A DNA stretch of 64,000 nucleotides from Anaerolineales bacterium (GTDB lineage: Bacteria; Chloroflexota; Anaerolineae; Anaerolineales; E44-bin32), in assembly GCA_034430895.1 (NCBI GenBank), contig DAOUDW010000087.1, forward strand, positions 4,408-68,407. Direction: 5' to 3'. Positions 36,521 through 48,800 of the stretch are shown piece by piece (position 1 is the first letter of the stretch; every line of letters starts with the position of its first letter). The translations under genes and the position numbers were made by a program. A model generated the notes under the pieces. The model had not been told where the DNA came from. It did no database searches and saw only the letters and a list, made by a program, of their open reading frames with translations.

Positions 36521-38299
36521 TCAGTCGATCGAAGTTCCTAAGCGACTGCGTTCTTCCTCCACCAGCGAGTCATCCAGTTTCTTGAACAAAGGCTTTGGCT
36601 TTTGAAATTTACGTCCAGCTTCGAGTTCGCTTGCTTCCCAACGACCTGTGCCCGGTGAGGGATCATAGGTCAGCGCATTGTGTTCACGGGATGATTCCTG
36701 AAAGGTTTCGATGTGCTGCTCGCCGAAAAGGGGCTGTTCGTATCCCAGGGTTGTATGCAGGCGCTCGCTGCTGAAAGGCAGGAATGGCGCCAATAAAACC
36801 TTCAACGAGTCGATAGCACGCAGCGCCGTGTAGACCGTCGTGGCAGCGCTGGCCTTGTCTTCTTTGATCACGCCAAACCAGGGCGCTCGATCGAGGTAGC
36901 CATTGACCTCTCGGGCGAGCCGCATCGCTTCCTGGAGCCCAGCACGCAGTTTCACCGCTTCGACGTGCTCACCGATGGTATTGAACCCGGATTCGATTTG
37001 TGTCAGCAGCTCGCGATCATCTGGCCGCAGTTCTCCCGGGTCTGGGACGACGCCATCCCAATGTTTATAGGCAAATGAAAGCACGCGATTGGCGAGATTG
37101 CCCCACGTGGCGACCAATTCGTCGTTGTTGCGGCGCACGAAATCGGCCCAGGAAAAATCGCTGTCGCGCGTTTCCGGCATCACGGATGCCACGTAGTAGC
37201 GGATGGCATCGGGGTCGTATCTTTCCAGGATGTCCGGCAGCCAGACGGCCCAATTGCGGCTCTTGCTGAACTGCGCGCCTTCGATGTTCATGAATTCATT
37301 GGCGGGGACGTCGTAGGGCAGGTTCAGACGCAGGCTCTCGTCGTCTTCATACAAACGCTCGACGCCGAGCAATTCGGCCTGCCAGAACAGCGTGTGGAAG
37401 GGGATGTTGTCCTTGCCGATGAAGCAATAGCCGTGTGAGGCGGGGTCGTACCACCATGCTTTCCAGGCCTCGGGCTCACCGTGGTTGTGAGCCCATTCCA
37501 CGGATGCGGTGAAATAGCCCATCACGGCCTCGAACCAGACGTAAAGACGCTTTTCGTCCCAGCCTTCAAGCGGAACCGGGATGCCCCAGTCGATGTCGCG
37601 CGTCACGGCGCGTCCCTTGAGACCGCCTTCCACGTAGTTGCGGGCGAAGTTGATCACGTTGGGGCGCCAGTGATCGGCGTGTTTCTCCATATAAGCCAGC
37701 AGCCGATCGCTGAATGCAGGCAGATCGAGATAGAAATGTTCCGTCTCACGCACGATCGGCTTGCTCCCGTCGGTCTTGCTGCGCGGATCGATCAACTCCA
37801 GGGCGTCGAGCAGGTTGCCGCAGTTATCGCATTGATCCCCGCGCGCCTCTTTGTATCCGCAAATCGGGCAGGTACCTTCCACGTAGCGATCGGGCAAGAA
37901 GCGGTCTTCACTTTCGGAATACAACTGCGCTTGGGTTTGACGATAGAGATATTCTTCTTCGAGCAATCGTGTGAAGAAATCCTGGGCGATGCGATGATGG
38001 TTCTCCGTATCCGTGTGCGTGAAGAGATCGTAACTGATGCCAATCGCTTTCTGTGTCTTAAGAAAGCGCTGATGGTAGTGTTCAAACACTTCCCGCGAAC
38101 TGATCCCGCGTTTATCGGCTTCGATGGTGATGGGTGTACCGTGCGTGTCAGAGCCGGAGACCATGAGCACGCGGTTTCCCTTCAAACGATGGTAGCGAGC
38201 GAAAATATCCGCCGGCAGATAGGCGCCGGCCAGGTGTCCCACGTGCATATCGCCGTTGGCGTAGGGCCAGGCGACGGAGATGTGGATCAGATCGGACAT
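36521..38299 (-). CDS. metG: methionine--tRNA ligase
   Basis: HVGH (HIGH) motif in WPYANGDMHVGHLAG, zinc knuckle CPICGYKEARGDQCDNCG, and KFSKSRN (KMSKS). ATG at 38299 follows GAGGAG. Confidence 0.92.
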   Translation of the reverse strand: MSDLIHISVAWPYANGDMHVGHLAGAYLPADIFARYHRLKGNRVLMVSGSDTHGTPITIEADKRGISSREVFEHYHQRFLKTQKAIGISYDLFTHTDTENHHRIAQDFFTRLLEEEYLYRQTQAQLYSESEDRFLPDRYVEGTCPICGYKEARGDQCDNCGNLLDALELIDPRSKTDGSKPIVRETEHFYLDLPAFSDRLLAYMEKHADHWRPNVINFARNYVEGGLKGRAVTRDIDWGIPVPLEGWDEKRLYVWFEAVMGYFTASVEWAHNHGEPEAWKAWWYDPASHGYCFIGKDNIPFHTLFWQAELLGVERLYEDDESLRLNLPYDVPANEFMNIEGAQFSKSRNWAVWLPDILERYDPDAIRYYVASVMPETRDSDFSWADFVRRNNDELVATWGNLANRVLSFAYKHWDGVVPDPGELRPDDRELLTQIESGFNTIGEHVEAVKLRAGLQEAMRLAREVNGYLDRAPWFGVIKEDKASAATTVYTALRAIDSLKVLLAPFLPFSSERLHTTLGYEQPLFGEQHIETFQESSREHNALTYDPSPGTGRWEASELEAGRKFQKPKPLFKKLDDSLVEEERSRLGTSID

Positions 38300-38460
38300 G
38301 ATGTACTCCTCGATGCGGCTGCATGCGCTTGTGTGAAAGGGGTCTTCTTCCAGTGCAAGCCGGGCTGAGCATACCACAAATCCACCGGGATATTAACTTG
38401 CACGGCATGCAATCCGTCGATCATGAATATAGCTTCAGGTTATTGGGCGGCGCGCCGCCC

Positions 38461-38492
38461 GGAAAACGAAAACGCCAGCTCGTTCGCTGGCG
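38461..38492 (-). terminator. intrinsic terminator between the PCD gene and metG
   Basis: Minus-strand CGCCAGC-GAACGA-GCTGGCG followed by TTTTCGTTTTCC. Confidence 0.5.
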
Positions 38493-38711
38493 CTGACAGG
38501 CTGCCGGGGTTGGCGGTGCTCCCCGATGTTCACGAGTTCAGCGGGAGGCGCGGCCACTCCAAGCCGATGGTACGCGCGCCATCGGCGACGGCAGCTCGGG
38601 CATGATCATGGCTTGCTGGACTTTGAACATTCTTTCTCCCAAGGTCGATCCGGGTGTATCTATTAAGATCGAATTCGACCTCGAATTCGTTTCTTTATTG
38701 TACCAATGATG

Positions 38712-39053
38712 TCAAGCGAGTTGGTCACATCTTGCGGCGAAGATGAAATCCGCTTCGCTGAGGCCGCCGATGGAATGGGTCCAGATGGTGATTTTCGCTT
38801 TCCCCCAGGTGAGGCAAATCTCGGGATGATGATCCACGCTTTCGGCCAACTCGCCCACGGCGTTGGTGAAATCGAGCGCTTGCTGAAAATCAGTGAATTT
38901 GAAGGTCTTTTCCAGGTGGTGTTCATCGATGATCTGCCAATCGCCCCCGAGCTGCTCGCGGATGGCGTTCAATTTATCCCCCTTTAACGGCGCTGCACCT
39001 TTACGAGGCGGTTTGAGTTCTCTGCGCGCGAGTTCGGACATGGTTGACTCCAT
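38712..39053 (-). CDS. 4a-hydroxytetrahydrobiopterin (pterin-4a-carbinolamine) dehydratase
   Basis: FKFTDFQQALDFTNAVGELAESVDHHPEICLTWGKAKITIWTHSIGGLSEADF. Confidence 0.85.
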   Translation of the reverse strand: MESTMSELARRELKPPRKGAAPLKGDKLNAIREQLGGDWQIIDEHHLEKTFKFTDFQQALDFTNAVGELAESVDHHPEICLTWGKAKITIWTHSIGGLSEADFIFAARCDQLA

Positions 39054-39196
39054 TTTAATTAGACAAGTATTGTCTACATTTTATCACGCGGGATTTTGGT
39101 TTCTACAACGCTATTTCACTTAAATTATAATATTGTCATTTGGTAAACTTATGCTTTAAAAACAATCAAATGAAATCTGTAATAGTCCTTTGCCGC

Positions 39197-39223
39197 CCTG
39201 TAGGGGGGAAAAACCTCATCCGG
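39197..39223 (-). repeat. interspersed repeat copy (inverted orientation) upstream of the giant gene
   Basis: cctgtaggggggaaaaacctcatccgg is the reverse complement of 55190-55215 at 24 of 26 positions. It merges into the palindrome GAAAAACCTCA-TCCGGA-TGTAGTTTTC. Confidence 0.6.
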
Positions 39224-39493
39224 ATGTAGTTTTCTATGCTATACGATATTTAGGGTAGCTGAAGGTTCAAGATGGTTATGATAATGTCAGTTGTAGAAAC
39301 ATAAGGAGCGGAACCCACCAGATTGAGATAACACTCCGCTGAAAAATCATTCGATTTTCAAGCTCCCTCTTTTCCAATTTGTTATCCAAAAAAACAATAA
39401 CATTCCAGCCCGTTCGACGCAAGGAAAGCCATAACAGGGATACAAGCGTCGTTGGTTTACCGCAGGGTTACCGTTGTATTACCGTTTGGTAAC

Positions 39494-39516
39494 AATCCGC
39501 GACGATGCGGATTTTT
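39494..39516 (+). terminator. terminator-like hairpin inside the 780-nt leader of the giant gene
   Basis: AATCCGC-gacgat-GCGGATT followed by TTTT, about 320 nt upstream of the start codon. Confidence 0.4.
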
Positions 39517-39836
39517 GGTGTATAAACTTGTAAGTGAGATCGGTAAAAGCAGATTTGATGAGGGTATCTTAAGTATCGTCATAAGTGCGATATCATGTGG
39601 TGTTAAGTGTCCTAGTAGGTCGATTTATCACCAAATGCTTGAATTGCCGCTCGAGTTGTTGTAATGTGATACAAGTTTCGGTATTGTTCATACATTCCCT
39701 TTCGCTGGTATTCAACAACCCAATATCCAACTCCCTGCGTGGTTAAACCATCCTTTGCGCATACCAACAAAGCCCACGATGTTCCAGGGAGATGACAGAC
39801 CTGTATCTTGAAAGTTACTGTTTCTGGAGAGGAAAA

Positions 39837-42800
39837 ATGTCCATGTCCCGCACAACCCTTACTTCTGTAATTCGCGATTTTTCACGACCGCGCTTCCGGC
39901 TTTATCGATTACGATCAGCCATTATAAAGATATTAAACGCCGGCGTAGCTGCATCCATGCTTACTTCGATGAGCGGCGTGGCTCTGGCTAGTGCAGCATC
40001 TGATGCGGATACAAACGTGGAGATTCCTCTCCCGGCCCCTTACAAGAGTATCGAAGCTCTCGTAGAGCCCAACATCGTCCAGAGTACATTCGACAGCGAT
40101 GACGAAGGATGGACGATCGTCGGTGATGGGGACGGTCCGACATATAACGCCACCGGTGGCAATCCGGGTGGGTACATCAGCTCTACAGACCAAGCGTCAA
40201 GCGAATATTGGTATTGGCAAGCCCCGGCGAAATTCCTCGACGATCAATCCGCTGCATATGGCAGAACACTGAGCTTCGACCTTGTCCAAAGCGTCACCGA
40301 TGACCAGGATGATCAAGATGACGTTGTCCTGGTGGGAGATGGTATCACGCTTGTATTTGACACTTCATATAACCCGGGAGATACGTGGACGCATTATGTG
40401 GTCACGTTACATGAAAGTGCCGGATGGCTAAATTCAAGCACAGGCCTTGCGCCATCTTCTATCGAATTCACCCAAGTTTTGACGAATCTCGAATCTCTTC
40501 TCATCCGCGGCGAGTATCGTGTTGGCGATGATACCGGCGGACTCGACAATGCTGCTTTTTCGGTACTCTGCCCAGAAACGGGGAATCTCATTGTTCCAAT
40601 TGGAACTTCGTGCTGGCTCGAGGCTGGCGAATATACATTCGACAGCATCACCGTCGAAGCTGGCGGGCTGATTTATCTCGAAGGTGATCCAGTTACCGGC
40701 GAAGGCGTCATTCTCAATTCCACGACAATCGTTGTGGAATCTGGAGGTGAGATGACCGCCACTGCGCTGGGATACCCGATCGGCCAGGGTCCGGGAGCCG
40801 GGAGCGGGACCGATAAGACGGGCGGCGGGGGACACGGCGGCTATGGAGGAAATGGGACCGAATACAATGCAATCGGCGGTGTGGGATACGGTTCGCTGTT
40901 CGAGCCCATCACGCTGGGTAGTGGCGCGGGAGATCGCCCTGAGGGTGGCACTGGAGGGGGTGCGATCCATCTCATTGTGAACGGCACACTGCAGCTGGAC
41001 GGCACGGTATTGGCCGATGGTGGTGCTGGCACCCAATACGAACGGGGTGGCGGCGCCGGTGGCAGCATCTGGATTGAGGCGGCCTCATTGGCCGGTTCGG
41101 GCCTGATCCGCACGAATGGCGGCAATGCGGGTTACATGGGCGGTGGAGGAGCGGGTGGGCGCATCGCCATCGATGCAAGCAGCAACAGCTTCACCGGATC
41201 GGTGAACGCACACGGCGGCACGGGCAACCAGGCCGGTGGTGCGGGGACAATCTACTGGACAGTGGATGATCACCTGGTGGTCGACAACGGCGGCAACAGC
41301 GGTAAGCAAACCCCCCTCGAGGAAGACGATTACGACTTCGAAAGCATCACACTCAATGGCAATGCCATCCTGCAAGTGGAAGGGGCTAACTCTTCTATCA
41401 CCCTGGACAATACAACCATCCAGGGGGATGGCACAGGCAGGCTCACTCCATTCGGGACGGCGTATGTTCCTGTTGACCTTATTATTAATGATTACACGTT
41501 GAATTTGGAAGGGCAGATGCCGGGGGTGCAGACTGTGACTGTCGAGTCGGGCGGCGGTCTGATGTTCAGGCCGGGCTCACAGTTCTACTCTGGCTCGTAT
41601 GCCTTCCAGTCTATTGAGGTGAGAGACGGCGGCAAATTGTATGCATACCCGTATATCGCGGGTGGCGGGGTTTATTCGAATGATTATGGCCTCACGCTCG
41701 AGGTCGGGAACCTGACCGTCGATGCTGGTGGTGAGGTTACAGCCACCGGGTTGGGATACCCGATTGGGCAAGGACCGGGAGTCGGGAGTGGAAGCGATGA
41801 CACGGGTGGTGGGGGACACGGTGGTCTGGGAGGAAATGGAATTGAAGCCAATGCAACGGGTGGTGGGGCATACGGGTCGCTTTTCGAGCCCATCACGCTA
41901 GGCAGTGGCGCGGGTAATGTAGGACAGGGGGGGAGCGGAGGGGGCGCGATCCATTTACTGGTGAGCGGCACACTGCAGCTGGATGGCACAATATCTGTCG
42001 ATGGTGGTTCTTCTACCCAATACGAACGGGGAGGCGGCGCCGGTGGCAGTATCTGGGTCGAAGCGGCATCCTTTACCGGGACGGGTTTGATTCGCGCCAA
42101 TGGTGGCAATGGAGGCACACAGGGTGGTGGTGGTGGCGGCGGGCGCATTGCCATCGATGCAAGCAGCAACAGCTTCACGGGCTCGGTGAACGCGAGTGGC
42201 GGTACAGGGAACGAGAGAGGTGGGTTTGGTACGATCTACTGGACGGTGGACGATCATCTGGTGATCGACAATGGCGGGGTCAATGCTAGACCATCTGTTA
42301 TCGTCGAGGGGGATTATGATCTCAATCTCATCACGCTCAGTGGCAATGCTATCCTGCGGGTGGAAGGTGCCAGCTCATCCATCACTCTTGATAACACAAC
42401 CGTTCAAGGAGATGGTACAGGTAGACTGATCCCATTTGGCACAGTCTTAACTCCGGCAGCTTTCACGGTTGATAACTTCGCCTTGGATTTGGAAGGAAAA
42501 TTTGATGGGGTTACGAATCTCACCGTAGGAAGCAACGGCGAATTGATCCTACGAACATATACAGCGCTTTATTCTGGAATCCACACCTTCTCCAGTGTTG
42601 ATGTGGTTTCTGCCGGGCGGCTAATATTCGTACCATACAATAATGGGGATTCCGATTACACGAACGATTCTCCATTCGAGCTGCACGTAGACACACTGAA
42701 TATTGATGCTGCCGGCATCATCACCGCTGAAGGTTCGGGGTATCCTCGCAATCAAGGTCCTGGCACGCCGACGTCAAGTGGTGGTGGCGGGGGTGGTCAC

Positions 42801-45800
42801 GGCGGGGCTGGGGGGAACGGACTTCACGGATCTGGGGGAACATCATACGGTTCCTTGTACCAACCGGTTCTATTCGGTAGTGGAGGCGCCGATGACGCAA
42901 ATGGTGCAGCATCTGGAGGCGGCGCTATTATTCTGGTCGTCGAAAATGCGATCACCGTCAATGGGATTCTTTCGGTTGATGGCGCATCAAACAGTGCCGT
43001 TAGCAGCAGTGGAAGTGGAGGTGGTGGATCGGGAGGTAGCATCTGGGTTACAGCCGATACCCTCAATGGTTCAGGCGTTGTATCCGCTGACGGTGGTAAT
43101 TCCACGAATGGCGGAGGCGGCGCGGGCGGACGTATCGCCGTCTACGCCGAGACAGTCGATCCCAACCTTTCCCTTTCCGTCATGGGAGGAGCTGGCGGCG
43201 ATCCTGGAGACCTGGGGACGACGTATTTGGGAAATCTGGATCCCACACTCTCAAGCATTACCATCGATCCGGACACTGTGCCCACCCTCGTTTCGAGTTA
43301 CGGTGAGATTAGAGTAACTTTACGCAACGAATTTGGATTGCCCATCCCTGGCAAGCCGGTATCTGTGGCCTTGATTTCTGGTGATGAAGCCTACATCAAC
43401 GATCAACTCGTGGGTTTGAATGATTTTATCGACATCGGATTGACGGATATCGATGGTAATGCGACCGGTACGATCCGCGCCGAGACCCTCGGTCTACGAA
43501 CGGTCCGAGCTCGCAGCGAGCAGGAACTCATCCTGGCTGAGGCGACCGTCGAATTTATTCCGGGGCCCTTCGATCCTGGCACATCCACGATTGATGCCAC
43601 TCCGCAGCAAGTTCCGGCTGACGGCAGTACACCGGCCAACTTGATTGTCACGACGCGTGATGCGTTTGGCAATCCTGTCCCCGGAGCTGAGGTGACCCTG
43701 ACTACTCCAAGCGGGACGCTGACCCAACCTGCAACACCTACCGATGCGAATGGTCAGACCAGCGGTACGCTGACGCACGATGCCATCGAAGCCATCACGG
43801 TTTCCGCACTTGTCGACAGCGTAATGTTTGATGACGAGGCGACTGTTGATTTTCATGGATCCGATCTGGAGGCAGATATTACTGCCCCAGACGAAGCAAT
43901 TGCCGATGGCACAGTGACGTATTCGATTACTGTGAAGAACATGGATCTGTTAACCGCGAATGGCGTGACGGCAACCCTGGAGCTTCCAGCCGAAGTAACC
44001 TATCTCTACGACAGCGCGCCCACCGATCCAACGCAAAATGGGAACGAGTTGACCTGGGAGCTGGATGCTCTGCCTCATAACAATGCAGTGTCTTTCAGCG
44101 TCACAACCGACGTCAATCCAACTGTACCCGCTGGCAGTACACTCACGGGTGTGATTAATGTAAGCACGACGTCACCGGAAGCCAACACCAGTAACAATGT
44201 AAGCAGCGACAGCACGACCATCGTCGATGCGTTCGATTTCACGGTCGCATTGATCCCCACCAGCGCCACGCTCAACATGGGTGGCGCAGCGCAGTACACC
44301 ATCCGAATTCGCAACGTCGGTTTCGTCGGTGACAGCTATGCCATCAGCGTCGATGGTCTAGATGCAAATTGGATCGAGCTTGGCGACAATGAGATCGGCA
44401 TCTCCCCGGGTGCGAGTCGAGATGTGACACTGACCATATCGCCGGACGGTTGCCAGGCGGAGGAAATCTTACCCTTCAGTGTATCCGTCCAATCCAATGG
44501 CGGCACCATCAAGACAGCCCAGGGTGAAGTATCGCTGGTACAGGTGCCGAACATCACGCTGGATAAACCGAAGGACAATTCAACATCCGGTTCTCGTTCC
44601 GTGCTCTTCAGCTGGCGCACGAATCCGACCACAACGGGCACATTGACGGTCTACCCACAGGGTCAACCTGCCGAAGCACAGACTTTCAACTCCTCTCAAG
44701 GCGCCACGCACAACATCCAGGTGGAGGATCTCGAGCGCTACGTGACCTACGAGTGGTACGTGCAGGCCGATTCGACTTGCGGTACGCAAACCAGCGCAAC
44801 ACGAACCTTCACTGTCGGCAGCGGCATTGTGTTCGTAAGCCGCAATCCTTCCTTTGAACTTGCCCGTGATTACGATCAACGTTTCTCGATCACGGTGCGC
44901 AACGATGACAGCGAGGCACACACCTTACTGGCGACGGTCCAGAATCCTTACGAGGATTTGATACTCAACTTCGTCGGCAGCGGCAGCGTAGACGAAACGA
45001 TCACACTTTCCGCAGGGCAAAGCCGCACGCTGGAACTGGTCGTGCACGCCCAGGACGCAACGAATCATGAGTACGACCTTTTGGCCGAGATCACCGCTGA
45101 TGACGGTACTTCAATTCCACTGACCGACAACACCAGCATCCATCTGACCGTGCTCTTCGAATTCGATGTGAGTGTGGTTGAGGATTCAGTTGACCCGATC
45201 ACCGGCGTGAAGACCTATACCGTCACCAACAACGGTTTGCCGATCACCGACCTCGAAATCAGCGCCGCCGATCCCACCAGCGGCGAACCGGCGCGGGTGA
45301 TGTTCTTGCCTTCGATCTCCCACGGAAAGCTCGATACTGGGGATTCAGTCACCTTCGATATGATCCCGCTTTTCGACGAACGGGATGTCGCGGGGATGAG
45401 CGCCCTACCCTCCGGCGGTAATCTGGCCTCGTATTTGCCCAACAGTGAACCGGGAATTATTAGTGCGAATCTGATCGTCGGCGGCGCTGGCCAGGAACAA
45501 GTACAGTCGTCGAATATGAGCTGCCCTTCCGGCAGCGTGCACAGCGCGCCACTGGAAGATGTGTGTTTGGAGCTCCAAAACAGCAACTGGTACTGCACCA
45601 ACAAACCGAACATCAGCATGCCTTTCTACCTGCCCTTTATCGTCGAGCAGGATCTGATCGAATCTGTCAATCTGCAGATGGATTTCCACCCAAGAAGCAA
45701 CGTTCAGGATCACACTACCAGTATCTCTTTGAACGGTGAGCTACAGGGTACGCTGGATAATATGATCCCCAACGGCACATTCTCCACGCGTGTTCCCCCC

Positions 45801-48800
45801 GACACGCTACACACCAGCGAATACGGTTCGACAGTGCAGGAACTCGAACTGAATTCGGTTCATAACAATCCGGGGCATTACGTATCCGTAGCCGATTTCA
45901 GCCTGGGCATCGGTCTTCAATCCACCACGGCGTATGTTTGCGCTGAATCTCCTGAAGATGCCAGCGAAAACGCCATGGATGCCTTCCATCTCAAGCCCTC
46001 GGAAATTGCTTCGGCCTGTGCTTCGGTCGGTATTCCTGTCGAATCGGTCTTGTCCTCCGGAGACGATTGCTGCGCAGCGTACGGCGCCACACAGGTTAAC
46101 GTGGGTGGCGAAATCAATACTCGCACGGGGGGCATGGACTATTCTTTTGTTGACATATCCATCCCCACCTCTGCTGGAACGCTTTCTTTCAAACGATGGT
46201 ATTCCACACTCACGCTCGAGGACTATGCGGATACACTAGGATATGGTTGGACTCATAGTCTGGACACGCGTCTGATCTTCCCCGACGATCCTCTCGGTCG
46301 TGAGGGTGTGGTATTGATGAAGCTGCATGCATCCAATCGCTACCAATTCACCATCGAGGATGACGGCACCTTCACACCCTTTCCTGGATTTACTGGGGAG
46401 TTGACCGCTTCCGGTGATCCGCTTACGTTTACTTACGCAACACCAGGACAATACGATTATCATTTCGACGCGGATGGGAAATTAATTTCCCGATCCGACC
46501 CTCGGGGTAACGCATTGCAATACACATATAACGCGGAAGACCGTTTAATCCGTGTCGAAGACGACAATGGGCAACGTTACCTGGAACTGGATTACGATGC
46601 ATTGGGACGAGTTAACTCGGTTCAGGATCATACAGATCGTGGCGTTACCTTTAACTACAACGCCGCCGGTGACTTGAGTTCCAGCGTCGATTTACTCGGC
46701 GGCACCTGGACCTACTTTTATGATCCTACGCTGCCGCACTACCTGTCTGAAGTGCGTGATCCCAGCGGCACCACCCTCGAACGCACGGTTTTCGATGAAC
46801 AGGGCCGCGCCGTAGAACAGTACAACGGTGAGGGCGAGTTGGCCGTGCGTCTCGAATATGAAGGTTTCGGTTCTACCAAGGTCTACGAAGCCACCGGCAA
46901 CCAGTCGATGCACGTCTACGACAGCAATGATGCCATTGAACGCCAGGAGGATCCTTTGGGTGGCCTGAACCGGCGTGAGTACGACGACAACTTCCGCCCC
47001 ACTATGATCACCGACGAGGACGGCGACACTACCCACCTGACCTGGAGCGAGGACGGCACCAACCTGACCCAGGTGATTGATGCCGAGGGCAATCCGGTCA
47101 ACCTGTCTTACGACGAAAACAACAACCTTACTTCTATTGTCGATCCGCTCGATACGGAGACCAGCTATGCCTACGACGGGTTGCTGCTGACCTCCAGCAC
47201 CGACGACGAGGGCAATACCACCAGCTACACCTACACACCTGAAGGGTATCTGCAAAGCATCACCGACGCGGCCGGAAATACGACATCTTACACTTACGAT
47301 TCTTATGGCCAACAAGTTTCGATGACCGATGCCTCAGGCAACACCTGGCTCTACCGCTACGACGATCTTGGCCGCCTGATCGAGAACGAGGATCCCAACG
47401 GCGTGATCGCACGCCGCGAGTACGACGCTGCCGGACGGATGATCCGCTCGACGCGCAACTACGATCCCGCCCGCCCGCAGAACGACGAGAACCTTTACAA
47501 CATTGTCACCGAGTACGTCTACGACGCCGTGGGCAACCAGATCGAAGTCATCGACACCTTCGGGCGTAGCACACAGTATGTCTACGACGACGCCAATCGT
47601 CTAATCCGCATGTTCGATTCCGCCGGCAACGAGACGACCAATACCTTCAACAACGCCGGGCAATTGGTTGCTACGACCGATGTCTTGGATCGCATTACAA
47701 CTTTCGTCTACGATGAACTCGGCCGCATGGTGGAGATGCACGACGCGCTGGGCAACATCACCACCACGGTTTACAACCCCGACGGCACCGTCGCCAGCAC
47801 ATCCGATGCGTTGGGAAACAGTACTTCGTATACCTACGACGACCTCAAACGCGTCGCGGCCACAACCGATGCCCTCGACGGCACGACGACCACTACCTAC
47901 GACGAGTTAGGCAACGTGATCGCCACGACGGACGCCCTGGGGAATACCACAACCTACGAATACAACTCGCTAGGCCAATTGACACACCAAACCGACCCCG
48001 AAGGTGGAAATATACAGTACGTTTACGACGAACTCGGCAACCGCATCGAGACCATCGATCCGCGCGGGAATTCGACGTTTTATGTCTACGACGATCAAGG
48101 CCGCCTGGAGACGGTCACCGATGCGCTGGGCGGTACAACGACATACACCTACGACGCCTTGGGCCGTCGCCTAGCCATTACCGATGCAGAGGATAACACC
48201 ACCAGCTACAGCTATGATGAACTCGGTCGACAGGTTTCTGTAACTGATCCGTTGGGGAACACGACTTCTACGGAATTCGATGCGCTCGGCAATGTACTCA
48301 GCCGTACGGACGCCAATGAAGAGACCACCACGTATGTTTACGACGTGCTTGGCCGACTGGAATCCCAGACCGACCCGCTAGGTGGCATTACGACCTATAC
48401 CTACGACGCCGCCAGTAACCAACTCACGGTAACCGACGCCGAAGGGCACACCACCACGACGGTCTACGACGAACTCAACCGGCCGGTCTCGGTGACTGAT
48501 CCCCTGGGAAATACAACCACCACAGCCCATGACGCCACCGGCAACGTACTCGCCACCACCGACGGCTCGGGGCAGACGATCACGTTCACCTACGACGAAC
48601 TGGGCCGCCAGGAGACGGTCACCGACCCGCTGGGCAACACGACGAGCTACGCCTACGACGCCGTGGGCAACCGCATCTCGCTGACCGACACCAACGGCGT
48701 GGTCACACGCTACGAGTACGATGGGCTGAACCGTCTCACGGCAGTGGTCGAGAACTACCTCTACGGCGCGCCAGCCGATCACGAGACCAATGTGCGTACC

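Noticed and set aside
37481-38368. 295-aa plus-strand ORF opposite metG
   Set aside because: The minus-strand frame has the HIGH/KMSKS and zinc-knuckle motifs of MetRS. The antisense ORF is a GC-driven artefact.
38500-38660. GC-rich structured spacer upstream of metG with a 30-codon ORF (MFKVQQAMIMPELPSP...) as a leader peptide or ncRNA
   Set aside because: I recognised no T-box, SRP, 6S or tmRNA signature, and the ORF has no recognisable function. Conservation cannot be assessed from one sequence.
39452-39664. 70-aa ORF in the leader of the giant gene
   Set aside because: It spans a terminator-like hairpin and a repeat element, has no RBS, and has an unremarkable composition. The region is more likely regulatory.
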